Source of the DNA: an uncultured SAR116 cluster alpha proteobacterium
GTDB taxonomy: Bacteria; Pseudomonadota; Alphaproteobacteria; Puniceispirillales; GCA-002684695
Direction of reading: 5' to 3'
NCBI GenBank assembly: GCA_902532475.1
Contig: CACAIE010000003.1
Location: 11,886 to 75,885 of the forward strand
DNA length: 64,000 nt
The notes below the pieces were generated by a model, which had not been told where the DNA came from, did no database searches, and worked only from the letters and a program-made list of their open reading frames with translations. This document shows positions 19,949 through 28,786 of the stretch, piece after piece (positions within the stretch are counted from its first letter, which is position 1; every line of letters begins with the position of its first letter). A program made the position numbers and the translations under genes.

Positions 19949-20314
19949 ATGATTTCCAGATTATCTGAATTAATAGGACTAATGTCATTTAAGATGGCTG
20001 AATATATAATTTTACTTTTCCCTTTTACTGAAGTTTATCTTAGTGAAAAACCAGAATTAATTATGTTAATAGTTGGGTTTGGTGGCCAGGGACTTTTTGC
20101 AAGCAGGTTTTTAATTCAGTGGATTTCTTCAGAGAGTGTTGGAAGAAGCGTTATTCCAATTGGCTTTTGGTATTGTTCTATAGGTGGAGGAGCCGTAACG
20201 TTGATTTATGCCATTTGGCGACAGGACCCCGTTTTTATAAGTGGTCAAGGTTTAGGTTTATTTATTTATTTAAGAAACCTATATTTTATTTTTAAAGAAA
20301 AAAATAACACTTAA
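19949..20314 (+). CDS. Lipid-A-disaccharide-synthase N-terminal-domain (LAB_N) small membrane protein
   Basis: GFGGQGLFASRFLIQWISSE..GRSVIPIGFWYCSIGG matches the GQ..F..RF..QW..SE....S..P..FW..S..G pattern of this family. Confidence 0.7.
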   Translation: MISRLSELIGLMSFKMAEYIILLFPFTEVYLSEKPELIMLIVGFGGQGLFASRFLIQWISSESVGRSVIPIGFWYCSIGGGAVTLIYAIWRQDPVFISGQGLGLFIYLRNLYFIFKEKNNT

Positions 20315-20317
20315 TAT

Positions 20318-20737
20318 TTAAATAGCTGTTTTGCCCATTTTCAAAATAATCTCCCAGTGTTTTTCAACTATAGGCATAACAGAAAGCCTAGATTGCTTAA
20401 CCAAAGATATGTCTTGGAGATCTTGATTTGATTTTATATCGCTGAGTGAAACATGACGATTAAATGATTTTAACGCTTTAACAACCACCATTCCAAATCG
20501 CCCTGATAAATCAGTGGGGTCTGGTTGATATTTTTCTATGATCTCAACAATTCCTACAATGCTTTTTTCCCTGACCGAATGATAAAAAAAAGCTAAATCA
20601 CCAATCTCCATTTTCTTCATATTATTTGAAGCTTGATAATTTCTAACTCCATCCCACCCTTCTCCTTCATCACCTTTTTTAATTTGATCTTCCCAAGACC
20701 ATGTTCCAGGCTCTGACTTTAATAACCAATATGCCAT
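20318..20737 (-). CDS. EVE (PUA-like) domain protein
   Basis: 139 aa. MAYWLLKSEPGTWSWEDQ...GVRNYQA is the characteristic EVE-domain N-terminus. Confidence 0.8.
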   Translation of the reverse strand: MAYWLLKSEPGTWSWEDQIKKGDEGEGWDGVRNYQASNNMKKMEIGDLAFFYHSVREKSIVGIVEIIEKYQPDPTDLSGRFGMVVVKALKSFNRHVSLSDIKSNQDLQDISLVKQSRLSVMPIVEKHWEIILKMGKTAI

Positions 20738-20850
20738 GAATACTCCCTATTTTTATTCCCTATTCGCGTTTGATTTATTTGTTTAAATAAATTTTATCAC
20801 CAGTTAATTCAAAGATCAAAAACCATTCTAAATTATTATAATTTGTTTTT

Positions 20851-21954
20851 TCATCTTGGCTCTTTAGCATTTCTAACTGCTTTTGCATCGGGATCAAGTG
20901 GCCATCGTGCTCGAGGTTCAAAATTAAAATTATTTACATTTTCAATTCCATATTTTTTAATTTTTTCAACTCCATTCCAAGCAATCATAGCAGCATTATC
21001 TGTACATATTTCAATAGGCGGATAAAATACAGTGAAATTATTATGTGCACCCAAACTTTTTAATCTTTCTCTAATAAGTTGATTGGAGGCAACTCCACCA
21101 GCGACTACAAAATTTTTACACCCCTTGTTAGTATTATTAATGGTTTTGAAGGCATTTTTGCATCTATCCTCCAAAACATCAGCAATAGCTAACTGAAGTG
21201 ATGCAGCTAAGTTTGATTTAATTTGTTTATTTAAATTTTTCTTTTCAGCTATTCTAAATAAAGCTGTCTTCAGTCCAGAAAAAGAGAAGTCAGAATTTTT
21301 TCTTTTAAGCATTGGTCTTGGAAGTTTAAAAAAATTAGGATCTCCATGTTTTGCAGCAATTTCTATGTTCCTTCCTCCAGGCCAACCTAGTTTCAAAATC
21401 ATTGAAGCCTTATCAAAAGTTTCACCTACTGAATCATCTAATGTTGTGCCAATCCTTTTCACTTTATCTAAATCTTCAACATATAATAATTGAGTATGGC
21501 CACCTGAAACCAACAGAGCCAGATAAGGGAAGTCTATTTTATCAAACAATCTGGGAGATAAAATGTGGGCCTCAAGATGATTAATTGGAATAAATGGGAT
21601 TTCTCTAGACAATGCAAATGCTTTACCAAAAGACGTTCCCACTATTAAACCCCCAATTAAACCTGGGCCACAGCTTACAGCTACTGCATTTATTTTTGAA
21701 ACATCAATTTTAGATTTATTTAAAGATTCAGAAACTATGAATGAAATATTGGTCAAATGAGCTCTAGCTGCAACCTCTGGAACTATTCCACCAAAACCTG
21801 AGTGCTCTTCAAATTGGCTGTGAACTATATTAGATAATATTTTTTGTTTTCCATTTTTATGGACAGATATAACCGAAGCACCAGTTTCATCACAGGTTGT
21901 TTCAATCCCTAAAACTATCAACTCATCATTTTTATTAAAATAATTCATAATCAA
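20851..21954 (-). CDS. tsaD: tRNA N6-adenosine threonylcarbamoyltransferase
   Basis: VLGIETTCDETG, the INHLEAH metal site, LLVSGGHTQL and VAGGVASN. Confidence 0.95.
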   Translation of the reverse strand: MIMNYFNKNDELIVLGIETTCDETGASVISVHKNGKQKILSNIVHSQFEEHSGFGGIVPEVAARAHLTNISFIVSESLNKSKIDVSKINAVAVSCGPGLIGGLIVGTSFGKAFALSREIPFIPINHLEAHILSPRLFDKIDFPYLALLVSGGHTQLLYVEDLDKVKRIGTTLDDSVGETFDKASMILKLGWPGGRNIEIAAKHGDPNFFKLPRPMLKRKNSDFSFSGLKTALFRIAEKKNLNKQIKSNLAASLQLAIADVLEDRCKNAFKTINNTNKGCKNFVVAGGVASNQLIRERLKSLGAHNNFTVFYPPIEICTDNAAMIAWNGVEKIKKYGIENVNNFNFEPRARWPLDPDAKAVRNAKEPR

Positions 21955-22068
21955 TTTATCAAAATGAAATTAATATTCAGCTTATATAAATAATGTTAAA
22001 GTATACTTAAAATAATAAAATATATATCTTATTAGTAGAGAAATAGAAAAAGTTAACAAATCAATTTT

Positions 22069-22965
22069 ATGGACACTGAAATAAAAATTGCTACAAGGGC
22101 TTCTCCACTAGCCATTAAACAATGTGAAATTCTAATAAAGTTAATCCCACATATCAAAACTAAAATAATAAAAATTGAATCAAAAGGCGATCAAGTTCAA
22201 GACAGAAATCTTCATGAAATAGGCGGGAAAGGTTTATTTGTTAAAAGTCTCGAAAAAACGTTACTTGAGAATAATGCTGATATCGCAGTTCATTCCATGA
22301 AAGATATGGAATGGAAGCAAGCTAAGGGATTAAAAATAGGTGCTGTTTTAGAAAGAGGATCACGAAAAGATCTTTTGATTGGTAAATGGAAGTCTTTTTA
22401 TGATTTGCCTAAAAATGCAAAAATAGGAACTTCGTCTGTCAGAAGGAAAGCTTTTCTTCTATCAAAAAGACCTGATCTAAGTATCTCTTTATTAAGGGGA
22501 AATGTTAATACAAGGATAAATAAATTTAATAAAGGTGAATTTGACGCAATAATTTTAGCTCAAGCAGGCATTCAGCGCCTTAACTTAAATATTCAATCTA
22601 TTGAATTACCTGAAGATATTTTGCTTCCGAGTGCTGGGCAAGGAGCTATAGCTATTCAATATAAATCAGAAAATAAGTTTATTCAAAATACACTGAACGA
22701 TATTAATCATCAAATTACTGAATATGAAACGTTAGCAGAAAGATCATTTGTTGCTCACTTGAACGGATCATGTAGTTCACCAATTGGGGCTTCAGCGAGA
22801 ATAAAAGATAATAAAGTATTTTTACAAGGTTCGTTATCAAGTCCAAATGGAGATTATATTATAAAAGATGAAATTTCTGGTTTCTATCAAGACGCGCAAA
22901 ATATTGGTAAGGTTTTAGCAAATTCTATAATTAAGAAACAGAAACAAAGTTTTCCAAATGAATAG
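22069..22965 (+). CDS. hemC: Porphobilinogen deaminase (hydroxymethylbilane synthase)
   Basis: IKIATRASPLAIKQ, KGLFVKSLE, VHSMKD, RGNVNTRI and the cofactor Cys context (GSCSSPIG). Confidence 0.9.
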   Translation: MDTEIKIATRASPLAIKQCEILIKLIPHIKTKIIKIESKGDQVQDRNLHEIGGKGLFVKSLEKTLLENNADIAVHSMKDMEWKQAKGLKIGAVLERGSRKDLLIGKWKSFYDLPKNAKIGTSSVRRKAFLLSKRPDLSISLLRGNVNTRINKFNKGEFDAIILAQAGIQRLNLNIQSIELPEDILLPSAGQGAIAIQYKSENKFIQNTLNDINHQITEYETLAERSFVAHLNGSCSSPIGASARIKDNKVFLQGSLSSPNGDYIIKDEISGFYQDAQNIGKVLANSIIKKQKQSFPNE

Positions 22966-23689
22966 AACAAAATATTTAATAACAACACGTCCAATTGAAG
23001 ACGCACTAAGCGATTGCAAATTATTAATAAAAAGAAGGATAAAAACTCTAGCATCTCCTTCCATGAGAATAGTAAAAATTAAATTTGATTTTGATGATAA
23101 ATATGATGCAATTTTTTTAACTAGTAGGCATGCATCTCATATAGTGGAAAAGTTAGAAAGTAGAAATATTCCAATTTTTTGTGTTGGAAGTGCAACAGCT
23201 AAGTCTGCACGAAACTATGGTGCAACAAACTTATTTGTAGGTAACAGTGACGCTTCACTTTTAGCAAAAAATACTAAAAAAGAACTACCTAAAAACGCCA
23301 ATATTTTTTGGCCTTCTAATAACAAGTGCCCCGATAAAGTATATGATATTTTAAAATCCAACTGTTTTAACATTGACAAAAAAATAGTTTATAAAAACTC
23401 TTCTATAGACAATCTTGATATCAAATCTTTAAACCTAATTAAAAAAAAACAAATATCTGTGGTTTTATTTTTTTCTCTCAGAAGTGCTAAAATGTGGATA
23501 GAGTTGATTAATAAATCAAATTTATTTAAATTTTTATTGTCTGTTAACTTTGTCGTGATTAATGAAGAGGTTTCAAAATATTTAAAAGAATTAAAATTGA
23601 TTAATGTTAGTGTTTCACGCCGAAAAAGACGTGCTTCTGTTCTTTCATTGGGAATTAAAGTGTTTAATAATTTGGAAATATCACAGTGA
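22958..23689 (+). CDS. hemD: Uroporphyrinogen-III synthase (probable)
   Basis: 243 aa. An LITTRP start and a two-lobed pattern with TS..A motifs. Sits directly after hemC with an 8-nt overlap. Sequence conservation is weak, as is usual for HemD. Confidence 0.6.
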   Translation: MNRTKYLITTRPIEDALSDCKLLIKRRIKTLASPSMRIVKIKFDFDDKYDAIFLTSRHASHIVEKLESRNIPIFCVGSATAKSARNYGATNLFVGNSDASLLAKNTKKELPKNANIFWPSNNKCPDKVYDILKSNCFNIDKKIVYKNSSIDNLDIKSLNLIKKKQISVVLFFSLRSAKMWIELINKSNLFKFLLSVNFVVINEEVSKYLKELKLINVSVSRRKRRASVLSLGIKVFNNLEISQ

Positions 23690-24669
23690 ATAAAAAAGCT
23701 AATCAAACTCTATTAGAAAATAAAAAATCTAAAGGTAGTAAAAATCTCGTTCTATTAATTTCTCTTCTTATTGTTTTATTAGTCTGCTCATTGGGTTTTG
23801 TAACTTATTTATGGATAAATTTAGCAAATGAAAACAAAATAAATTCCCAGTTAATTTTAGATATTAAAAATGATATAAAGAAATCAATCGTTGATAATCA
23901 TATAAAAAATAACTCTAATAAGTTAAACAAACATCAAAAACTATTTGAAGAAAGTTTTGATAATTTGTCTAATAAAATTTTGGACATTGAGAACAAAGTT
24001 AATAACAACCAAAAAAATTATGAAGATATTTTATTAACTTTATCCAATCTAGAAAAAAATTTAAATGAGTTAAATTTCAAATCAAGTGATTCAAAACAAA
24101 AAGATACTGCTCCAGAGAATAAAACATCATATCAAACTAAGGAATTAAATTTAGATTTTAAACTAGAAGAAACATTAGAAAATTTAAAATACTTAATTAT
24201 TCAAGGTATACCATGGACGAAAGATCTAGATAAAATTTTTCAAATTAAAAATAATGCGTTTTTAAGCAATTTGTCAAATGAACTAAATACATTAAGAAAA
24301 CATTCGAAGTTTCCACCTCCTTCAATAGATATTCTTAAAGAAGAATTTCATTTATTAATCCCGTCAATTTTAAACCTCTTACCAACTGACGGTGAAAGTT
24401 TTTTTGAAGAAAAAATTAATTGGGTTTTTAAATCCATTAAACTTAGAAGAGCTAGTGGTTCTGATGGCGAAAAACCTTATGATTATGTATCAAATATTGA
24501 GCAGTCTTTAAAGTTAAATGATTTAAATAATATAATTCAGAATTTCCAGGCTTTGCCAAGAAAGATGAAAGAGCCTGCTTTAAAATGGTTTGATAAAATT
24601 TTAATTAGAAATGAAATTGAAACCGCCTTAAACACTATTATCCAAAACTCAAGAGAGTTTATCAAATGA
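23686..24669 (+). CDS. Membrane-anchored coiled-coil protein with C-terminal mitofilin-like block (alphaproteobacterial Mic60-position protein)
   Basis: One N-terminal TM (NLVLLISLLIVLLVCSLGFVTYLWI), a long N/K/E-rich helical region, and the C-terminal IKLRRASG...SNIEQSLKLNDLNNIIQNFQALP...ALKWFDKILIRNEIETAL. Translationally coupled between hemD and the hemY-like gene. Confidence 0.45.
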   Translation: MNKKANQTLLENKKSKGSKNLVLLISLLIVLLVCSLGFVTYLWINLANENKINSQLILDIKNDIKKSIVDNHIKNNSNKLNKHQKLFEESFDNLSNKILDIENKVNNNQKNYEDILLTLSNLEKNLNELNFKSSDSKQKDTAPENKTSYQTKELNLDFKLEETLENLKYLIIQGIPWTKDLDKIFQIKNNAFLSNLSNELNTLRKHSKFPPPSIDILKEEFHLLIPSILNLLPTDGESFFEEKINWVFKSIKLRRASGSDGEKPYDYVSNIEQSLKLNDLNNIIQNFQALPRKMKEPALKWFDKILIRNEIETALNTIIQNSREFIK

Positions 24670-25967
24670 TGATCAAGGTAATTTGGTGGACTATTAAAAT
24701 ATTAGCTATTTGTTTATTAGTAGCAGTTATTTCCAACCAAGAAGGCAATACTGAAATAGTTTGGGTTGGGTGGAAAATGGAAATTCCTACATCAATTCTT
24801 GTAGGAGGTTTAATTATTTTGATTTTGACTATTTTGTGGATTTATAACCTTTGGAAAATCATTTTAGGCTTCCCAAATAGAATTATTAGTCTAATTAAAG
24901 AAAACAGACAAAAAAATGGATACAATGCCCTTGCTTATGGATTAGTTGCTTCTTCAGCGGGAGATGTTGAAAGCGCAAAAAAATACGCTGCTCAAGCCCA
25001 GAAACTGTTAGATAATAAAGATTTAACTGAGATGCTTTCAGCCCATGCAGCTCATTTGTCAGGGGATAAAGGTGCCGCATATAAGTATTTTAGTAACTTA
25101 GCTGACAGAAAAAATACTGAATTCCATGGACATTTAGGGCTAATGAGATTGTCTCTAGACAATAGTAAAAAGAAAGAAGCTCTCACTCACGCAAGGAAAG
25201 CAAGCTTGCTTCAACCAAGAAATCCTAAACTAAACTCAATGCTTGTAATAATGGAAGCCCAACAGAACAACTATTCAGAAGCTATTGTTGCTTTGCAAAA
25301 GGCAAGAAGAATTGGTTCAATAGTTGAAAGCCGGGCACAATCTTTAGGTGCAGCTTTACACACAAAGATTGGATTTGACAATTTAGAAAAAAATGAACTG
25401 TCTGATGCAGAAAAATCGTTTGGCTTTGCTCTTCGTGAAAAGACAGATTTTATTCCTGCTGTCATTGCTTTATCAAAGATTTTTATTGGAAATAACAACG
25501 ATAGAAAAGCATTATCTCTGTTATCAAAAACTTGGAAAAATCAGCCCCACCCTGAAATTGCAAATACTTTAAAATTAATTTGGAAAAATGAAAGGGCTTC
25601 AAGCAATATAGCAAAGTTAATAGACTTAACAGAAGACAATGCTGATGCTCAAGCTAGATATATTATTGCAGACGAAGCAATTTCTGCCGGATTAACCGGA
25701 GAAGCCAGAGAGCAATTAAGTAAAGTTCTATCTGAAGATTATAATACTTTATACCATCAATTAAAAAGTAGATTAGCTGATAAAAATAACGATAAGTCTT
25801 CATCAAATCAAGAATTAGAAAAAGCGTTAAACGCTTCCCCAAACCACCGATGGAGCTGTGGGTCATGCGGCACAAGTTCAGAAATTTGGAAAATTTCTTG
25901 TGGAAATTGTGATAAAATTGGTACTTTGGATTGGCTTTCTCCTCCAAATACTTCTAAAATTAGTTAA
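24666..25967 (+). CDS. HemY-like TPR membrane protein with C-terminal zinc ribbon
   Basis: Two N-terminal TM helices, TPR-like repeats, and a C-terminal WSCGSCG...CGNCDK (CxxC-x11-CxxC). Confidence 0.7.
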   Translation: MMIKVIWWTIKILAICLLVAVISNQEGNTEIVWVGWKMEIPTSILVGGLIILILTILWIYNLWKIILGFPNRIISLIKENRQKNGYNALAYGLVASSAGDVESAKKYAAQAQKLLDNKDLTEMLSAHAAHLSGDKGAAYKYFSNLADRKNTEFHGHLGLMRLSLDNSKKKEALTHARKASLLQPRNPKLNSMLVIMEAQQNNYSEAIVALQKARRIGSIVESRAQSLGAALHTKIGFDNLEKNELSDAEKSFGFALREKTDFIPAVIALSKIFIGNNNDRKALSLLSKTWKNQPHPEIANTLKLIWKNERASSNIAKLIDLTEDNADAQARYIIADEAISAGLTGEAREQLSKVLSEDYNTLYHQLKSRLADKNNDKSSSNQELEKALNASPNHRWSCGSCGTSSEIWKISCGNCDKIGTLDWLSPPNTSKIS

Positions 25968-25997
25968 TTAGAAAAATAGTTATTTTCATATTTTATA

Positions 25998-26579
25998 TTA
26001 CATTCCATTTTTAAAAGTCTTTAAATCAGATGCTTTTCTGACGGATTTTAATGCTTTTGAATACTCAATTAACATTTTACAACTATAATCCATTCTAGAG
26101 TTTAATCTTGGTTCTTTTTCAGGAGAAAACTCTTTTGCTCTTCTAACTATTACATGGTCGGGTATCCAACATATCTTAGTATTTTTGTATGAATAACTTC
26201 TTAATTCCGACACTGGATATGCACCACCCAAAGACTCTGAAACGCTAACTATCAAGCCAGGTTTATGGGCAAGCTCATTATTTGATGTTAAGAGAAATAA
26301 ATTTTTAACTTGTGGAGGAACCATCCCTCCCCACTCAGGCACTACAAAAATATAACCATCCGCTTTACTTAATGTTAAAGAAATCTTTTTAAATGATTTT
26401 TTATGGGAAGATATATTTTCACCTAAATCTTCTTCCCAAAAAGGCAACTTTTCTTTAGCTAAATTAATTAAATCTATTCCTACTTTTTTTGTTTTCAACT
26501 TTTGTAAACAAATTTTAGATATTCTTAATGACTGGGAGTTAACCCGGTTACTTCCTGAAATTATTGAAATTTTTATCAA
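25998..26579 (-). CDS. NADPH-dependent FMN reductase family protein
   Basis: 193 aa. ISIISGSNRVNSQS (flavodoxin-like GS-x-R-x-x-S loop) and FVVPEWGG. Confidence 0.75.
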   Translation of the reverse strand: MIKISIISGSNRVNSQSLRISKICLQKLKTKKVGIDLINLAKEKLPFWEEDLGENISSHKKSFKKISLTLSKADGYIFVVPEWGGMVPPQVKNLFLLTSNNELAHKPGLIVSVSESLGGAYPVSELRSYSYKNTKICWIPDHVIVRRAKEFSPEKEPRLNSRMDYSCKMLIEYSKALKSVRKASDLKTFKNGM

Positions 26580-26591
26580 GGTTTTTATTCC

Positions 26592-27410
26592 CTATGCAAG
26601 AGCCAAATAGATCATTCTTATCGCCATAATGAGCAAAAAAACAGAAAATATCCTTCGAAGAAATAAACCATCTAACTTATGGGCAATATTTACTCCTATT
26701 TGTGCACCAAAAATAGTTAAAGGCAAAAAGACTAAAAATACAGGCAAATAAATCATACCTATTGACCACTCTGGGAAAGATAAATGACTTGTTTTTGCCA
26801 TTAAATAAATGATTGTACTCGGAATAGCAATTACTAAACCTATCGCTGAAGCTGTTCCCGTAGCTCGATGTTGAGCGACTGAAAAAGCATTCATTAAAGG
26901 AATTGTCAAGGCTCCACCTCCTATCCCTACCATAGCTGAAATTGATCCAATAATTAAACCCATTAAAGTATTAACTGAAATATTAGTTGGCATGGCTTCC
27001 CCAACTATAAATTGTACTTTTCTCATCATGTTAAATGAAGCAAAAGCAGCCATAATACCAAAAATTAATCTAAGTCCATCTCCGGATATCTTTTGTGCAA
27101 AAATTGCCCCTAAAAAAGAGCCAATAATTATGGCGATAAATAAGTTCTTAATTATATAGTAGTCAACTACTCCTTTCTTATGATGTCCCCATGTTGAAGA
27201 TACAGCTGTAGGAACTATTAATGCAAGTGAGGTGGCGACAGCTATATGCATCGTAATTGATGGATTGAAACCTAAAAAATCCAAAGTAAAAACTATTGCA
27301 GGAACTAAAATTATACCTCCACCTACGCCAAATAGACCGGCTATTATACCTGAGAATAAACCACTAATGGAAATAGGTATTATTAAACTTAGTAAAGTAT
27401 TAAAATCCAT
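26592..27410 (-). CDS. TauE/SafE-family anion (sulfite/organosulfonate) exporter
   Basis: 272 aa, about 8 TM helices with duplicated G(V/I)GGG motifs (LFGVGGGIILVP; MVGIGGGALTIP). Confidence 0.8.
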   Translation of the reverse strand: MDFNTLLSLIIPISISGLFSGIIAGLFGVGGGIILVPAIVFTLDFLGFNPSITMHIAVATSLALIVPTAVSSTWGHHKKGVVDYYIIKNLFIAIIIGSFLGAIFAQKISGDGLRLIFGIMAAFASFNMMRKVQFIVGEAMPTNISVNTLMGLIIGSISAMVGIGGGALTIPLMNAFSVAQHRATGTASAIGLVIAIPSTIIYLMAKTSHLSFPEWSIGMIYLPVFLVFLPLTIFGAQIGVNIAHKLDGLFLRRIFSVFLLIMAIRMIYLALA

Positions 27411-27420
27411 AAATTTTCAA

Positions 27421-27453
27421 ATAAAAAACTGCCACTCAAATGAATGGCAGTTT
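27421..27453 (-). terminator. Rho-independent terminator after the PuuD-like gene
   Basis: 9-bp stem aaactgcca / tggcagttt with a 10-nt loop. On the minus strand the stem is followed by UUUUUUAU. Confidence 0.55.
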
Positions 27454-27472
27454 ATAAAGGTGTTAAACTATA

Positions 27473-28063
27473 TTACGCAAATAGATTTTGATGGACTGTC
27501 ATAGAAACCAACATTGGAATAGATAGCACTGTATTAGTTCTCGAAAACAACATGGCTGTCTTTGCTGAAGCTGCTTTAGTATCTGCATCCGCTTCTACTA
27601 AGCCTAATGCTTTTTGTTGATTTGGCCAAATAACTAACCAAACATTTAAAAACATTATTGTTCCCAAATACATTCCAACGCCTATCGCCCAATGGCTTTC
27701 AGAAAGTATTATCGCTTCTATAAGATAACCCTGATCATGCGCCAAAAGAAGTCCGAAAAGAATGGTTGCCAAAGCTGCCCATCTAAACCACCAAAGAGCT
27801 GCAGGAGCAATTACTTTACCTATAGCTGGCTTTTGTTCATCAGGAATATTTCCCATATTAGGAATTTGTACAAAATTAAAATAATAAAGGAGACCTATCC
27901 ACATAATACCAGATATAACATGGCACCATCGGAGCAACCAACTCCACAAGGCTGAAAACCCTTGGTACTCTCCCAAATTTCCTATAAAAAACATTAATAC
28001 TATAGCCAATACAATACCTGAAATTATAGCATACCTTAAATCTTTAAGAATTGTTTCAATCAT
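27473..28063 (-). CDS. Stand-alone membrane protein resembling the N-terminal domain of urate hydroxylase PuuD
   Basis: WSWLLRWCHVISGIMWIGLLYYFNFVQ resembles the RW-x-H-x-x-x-G-x-x-W-x-G motif I recall for the PuuD membrane domain. 5-6 TM helices and no CxxCH anywhere. Start set at ATG 28063 rather than the track's TTG at 28099. Confidence 0.45.
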   Translation of the reverse strand: MIETILKDLRYAIISGIVLAIVLMFFIGNLGEYQGFSALWSWLLRWCHVISGIMWIGLLYYFNFVQIPNMGNIPDEQKPAIGKVIAPAALWWFRWAALATILFGLLLAHDQGYLIEAIILSESHWAIGVGMYLGTIMFLNVWLVIWPNQQKALGLVEADADTKAASAKTAMLFSRTNTVLSIPMLVSMTVHQNLFA

Positions 28064-28252
28064 TTTTCTTACCCCACTTAAATGATTTTTGAAAAGCAAA
28101 TCATTTTAAAATATTATTACTAAACACTATAATAGATTTATTAATTTTTTTCAAAAGTAAAAAATTTCAAATTTAAAAAATTTTTGATTTATCATCTAAT
28201 AATGTTAATTAATGATATAAAAATAAACTATTAAATTTATTAGGAATTTATT

Positions 28253-28786
28253 ATGATGTGGTTACGATTAATCCCCTTCTTAATTTTTTTTCTTGGCATA
28301 GCAGGTTGTTCATCTATGAAAATTGAAGATTTTGAAAATACAAAACCTGTGTTTAATTTAATGCAGTTTTTTGAAGGTGAAGTAGAGGCCTGGGGAATTG
28401 TTGAGGATAGATTTGGGAATTTAAAAAGGCAATTTAAAGTGGAAATGCATGGAAAAATTAATAATGGTGTGCTTACTTTAGAAGAGGATTTTTATTATGC
28501 AGACGGTGAAATAGATAAAAGAGTCTGGAAGTTTAGCAAGTTAGAAGAAGATACCTATCAGGGCTTAGCCAATGATATAATTGGCAAAGCTATTGGTAAA
28601 GAAGCGGGCAACGCCTTTAATATGACCTATAAGATGGATTTAGACATGGGATTTGCTAAGCTTAGAGTCAATTTTAACGACTGGATGTATAGAATTGACG
28701 ACAATACTATTATTAATAAAGCAGCAATAAACAAATTTGGATTTAACTTAGCAAAGGTTACGTTATTTTTTAACAAGAAACATTAA
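28253..28786 (+). CDS. DUF3833-like lipoprotein
   Basis: Lipobox FLGIAGC. The FFEG...AWG...DRFGN..R.F.V...G pattern resembles DUF3833. Confidence 0.5.
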   Translation: MMWLRLIPFLIFFLGIAGCSSMKIEDFENTKPVFNLMQFFEGEVEAWGIVEDRFGNLKRQFKVEMHGKINNGVLTLEEDFYYADGEIDKRVWKFSKLEEDTYQGLANDIIGKAIGKEAGNAFNMTYKMDLDMGFAKLRVNFNDWMYRIDDNTIINKAAINKFGFNLAKVTLFFNKKH

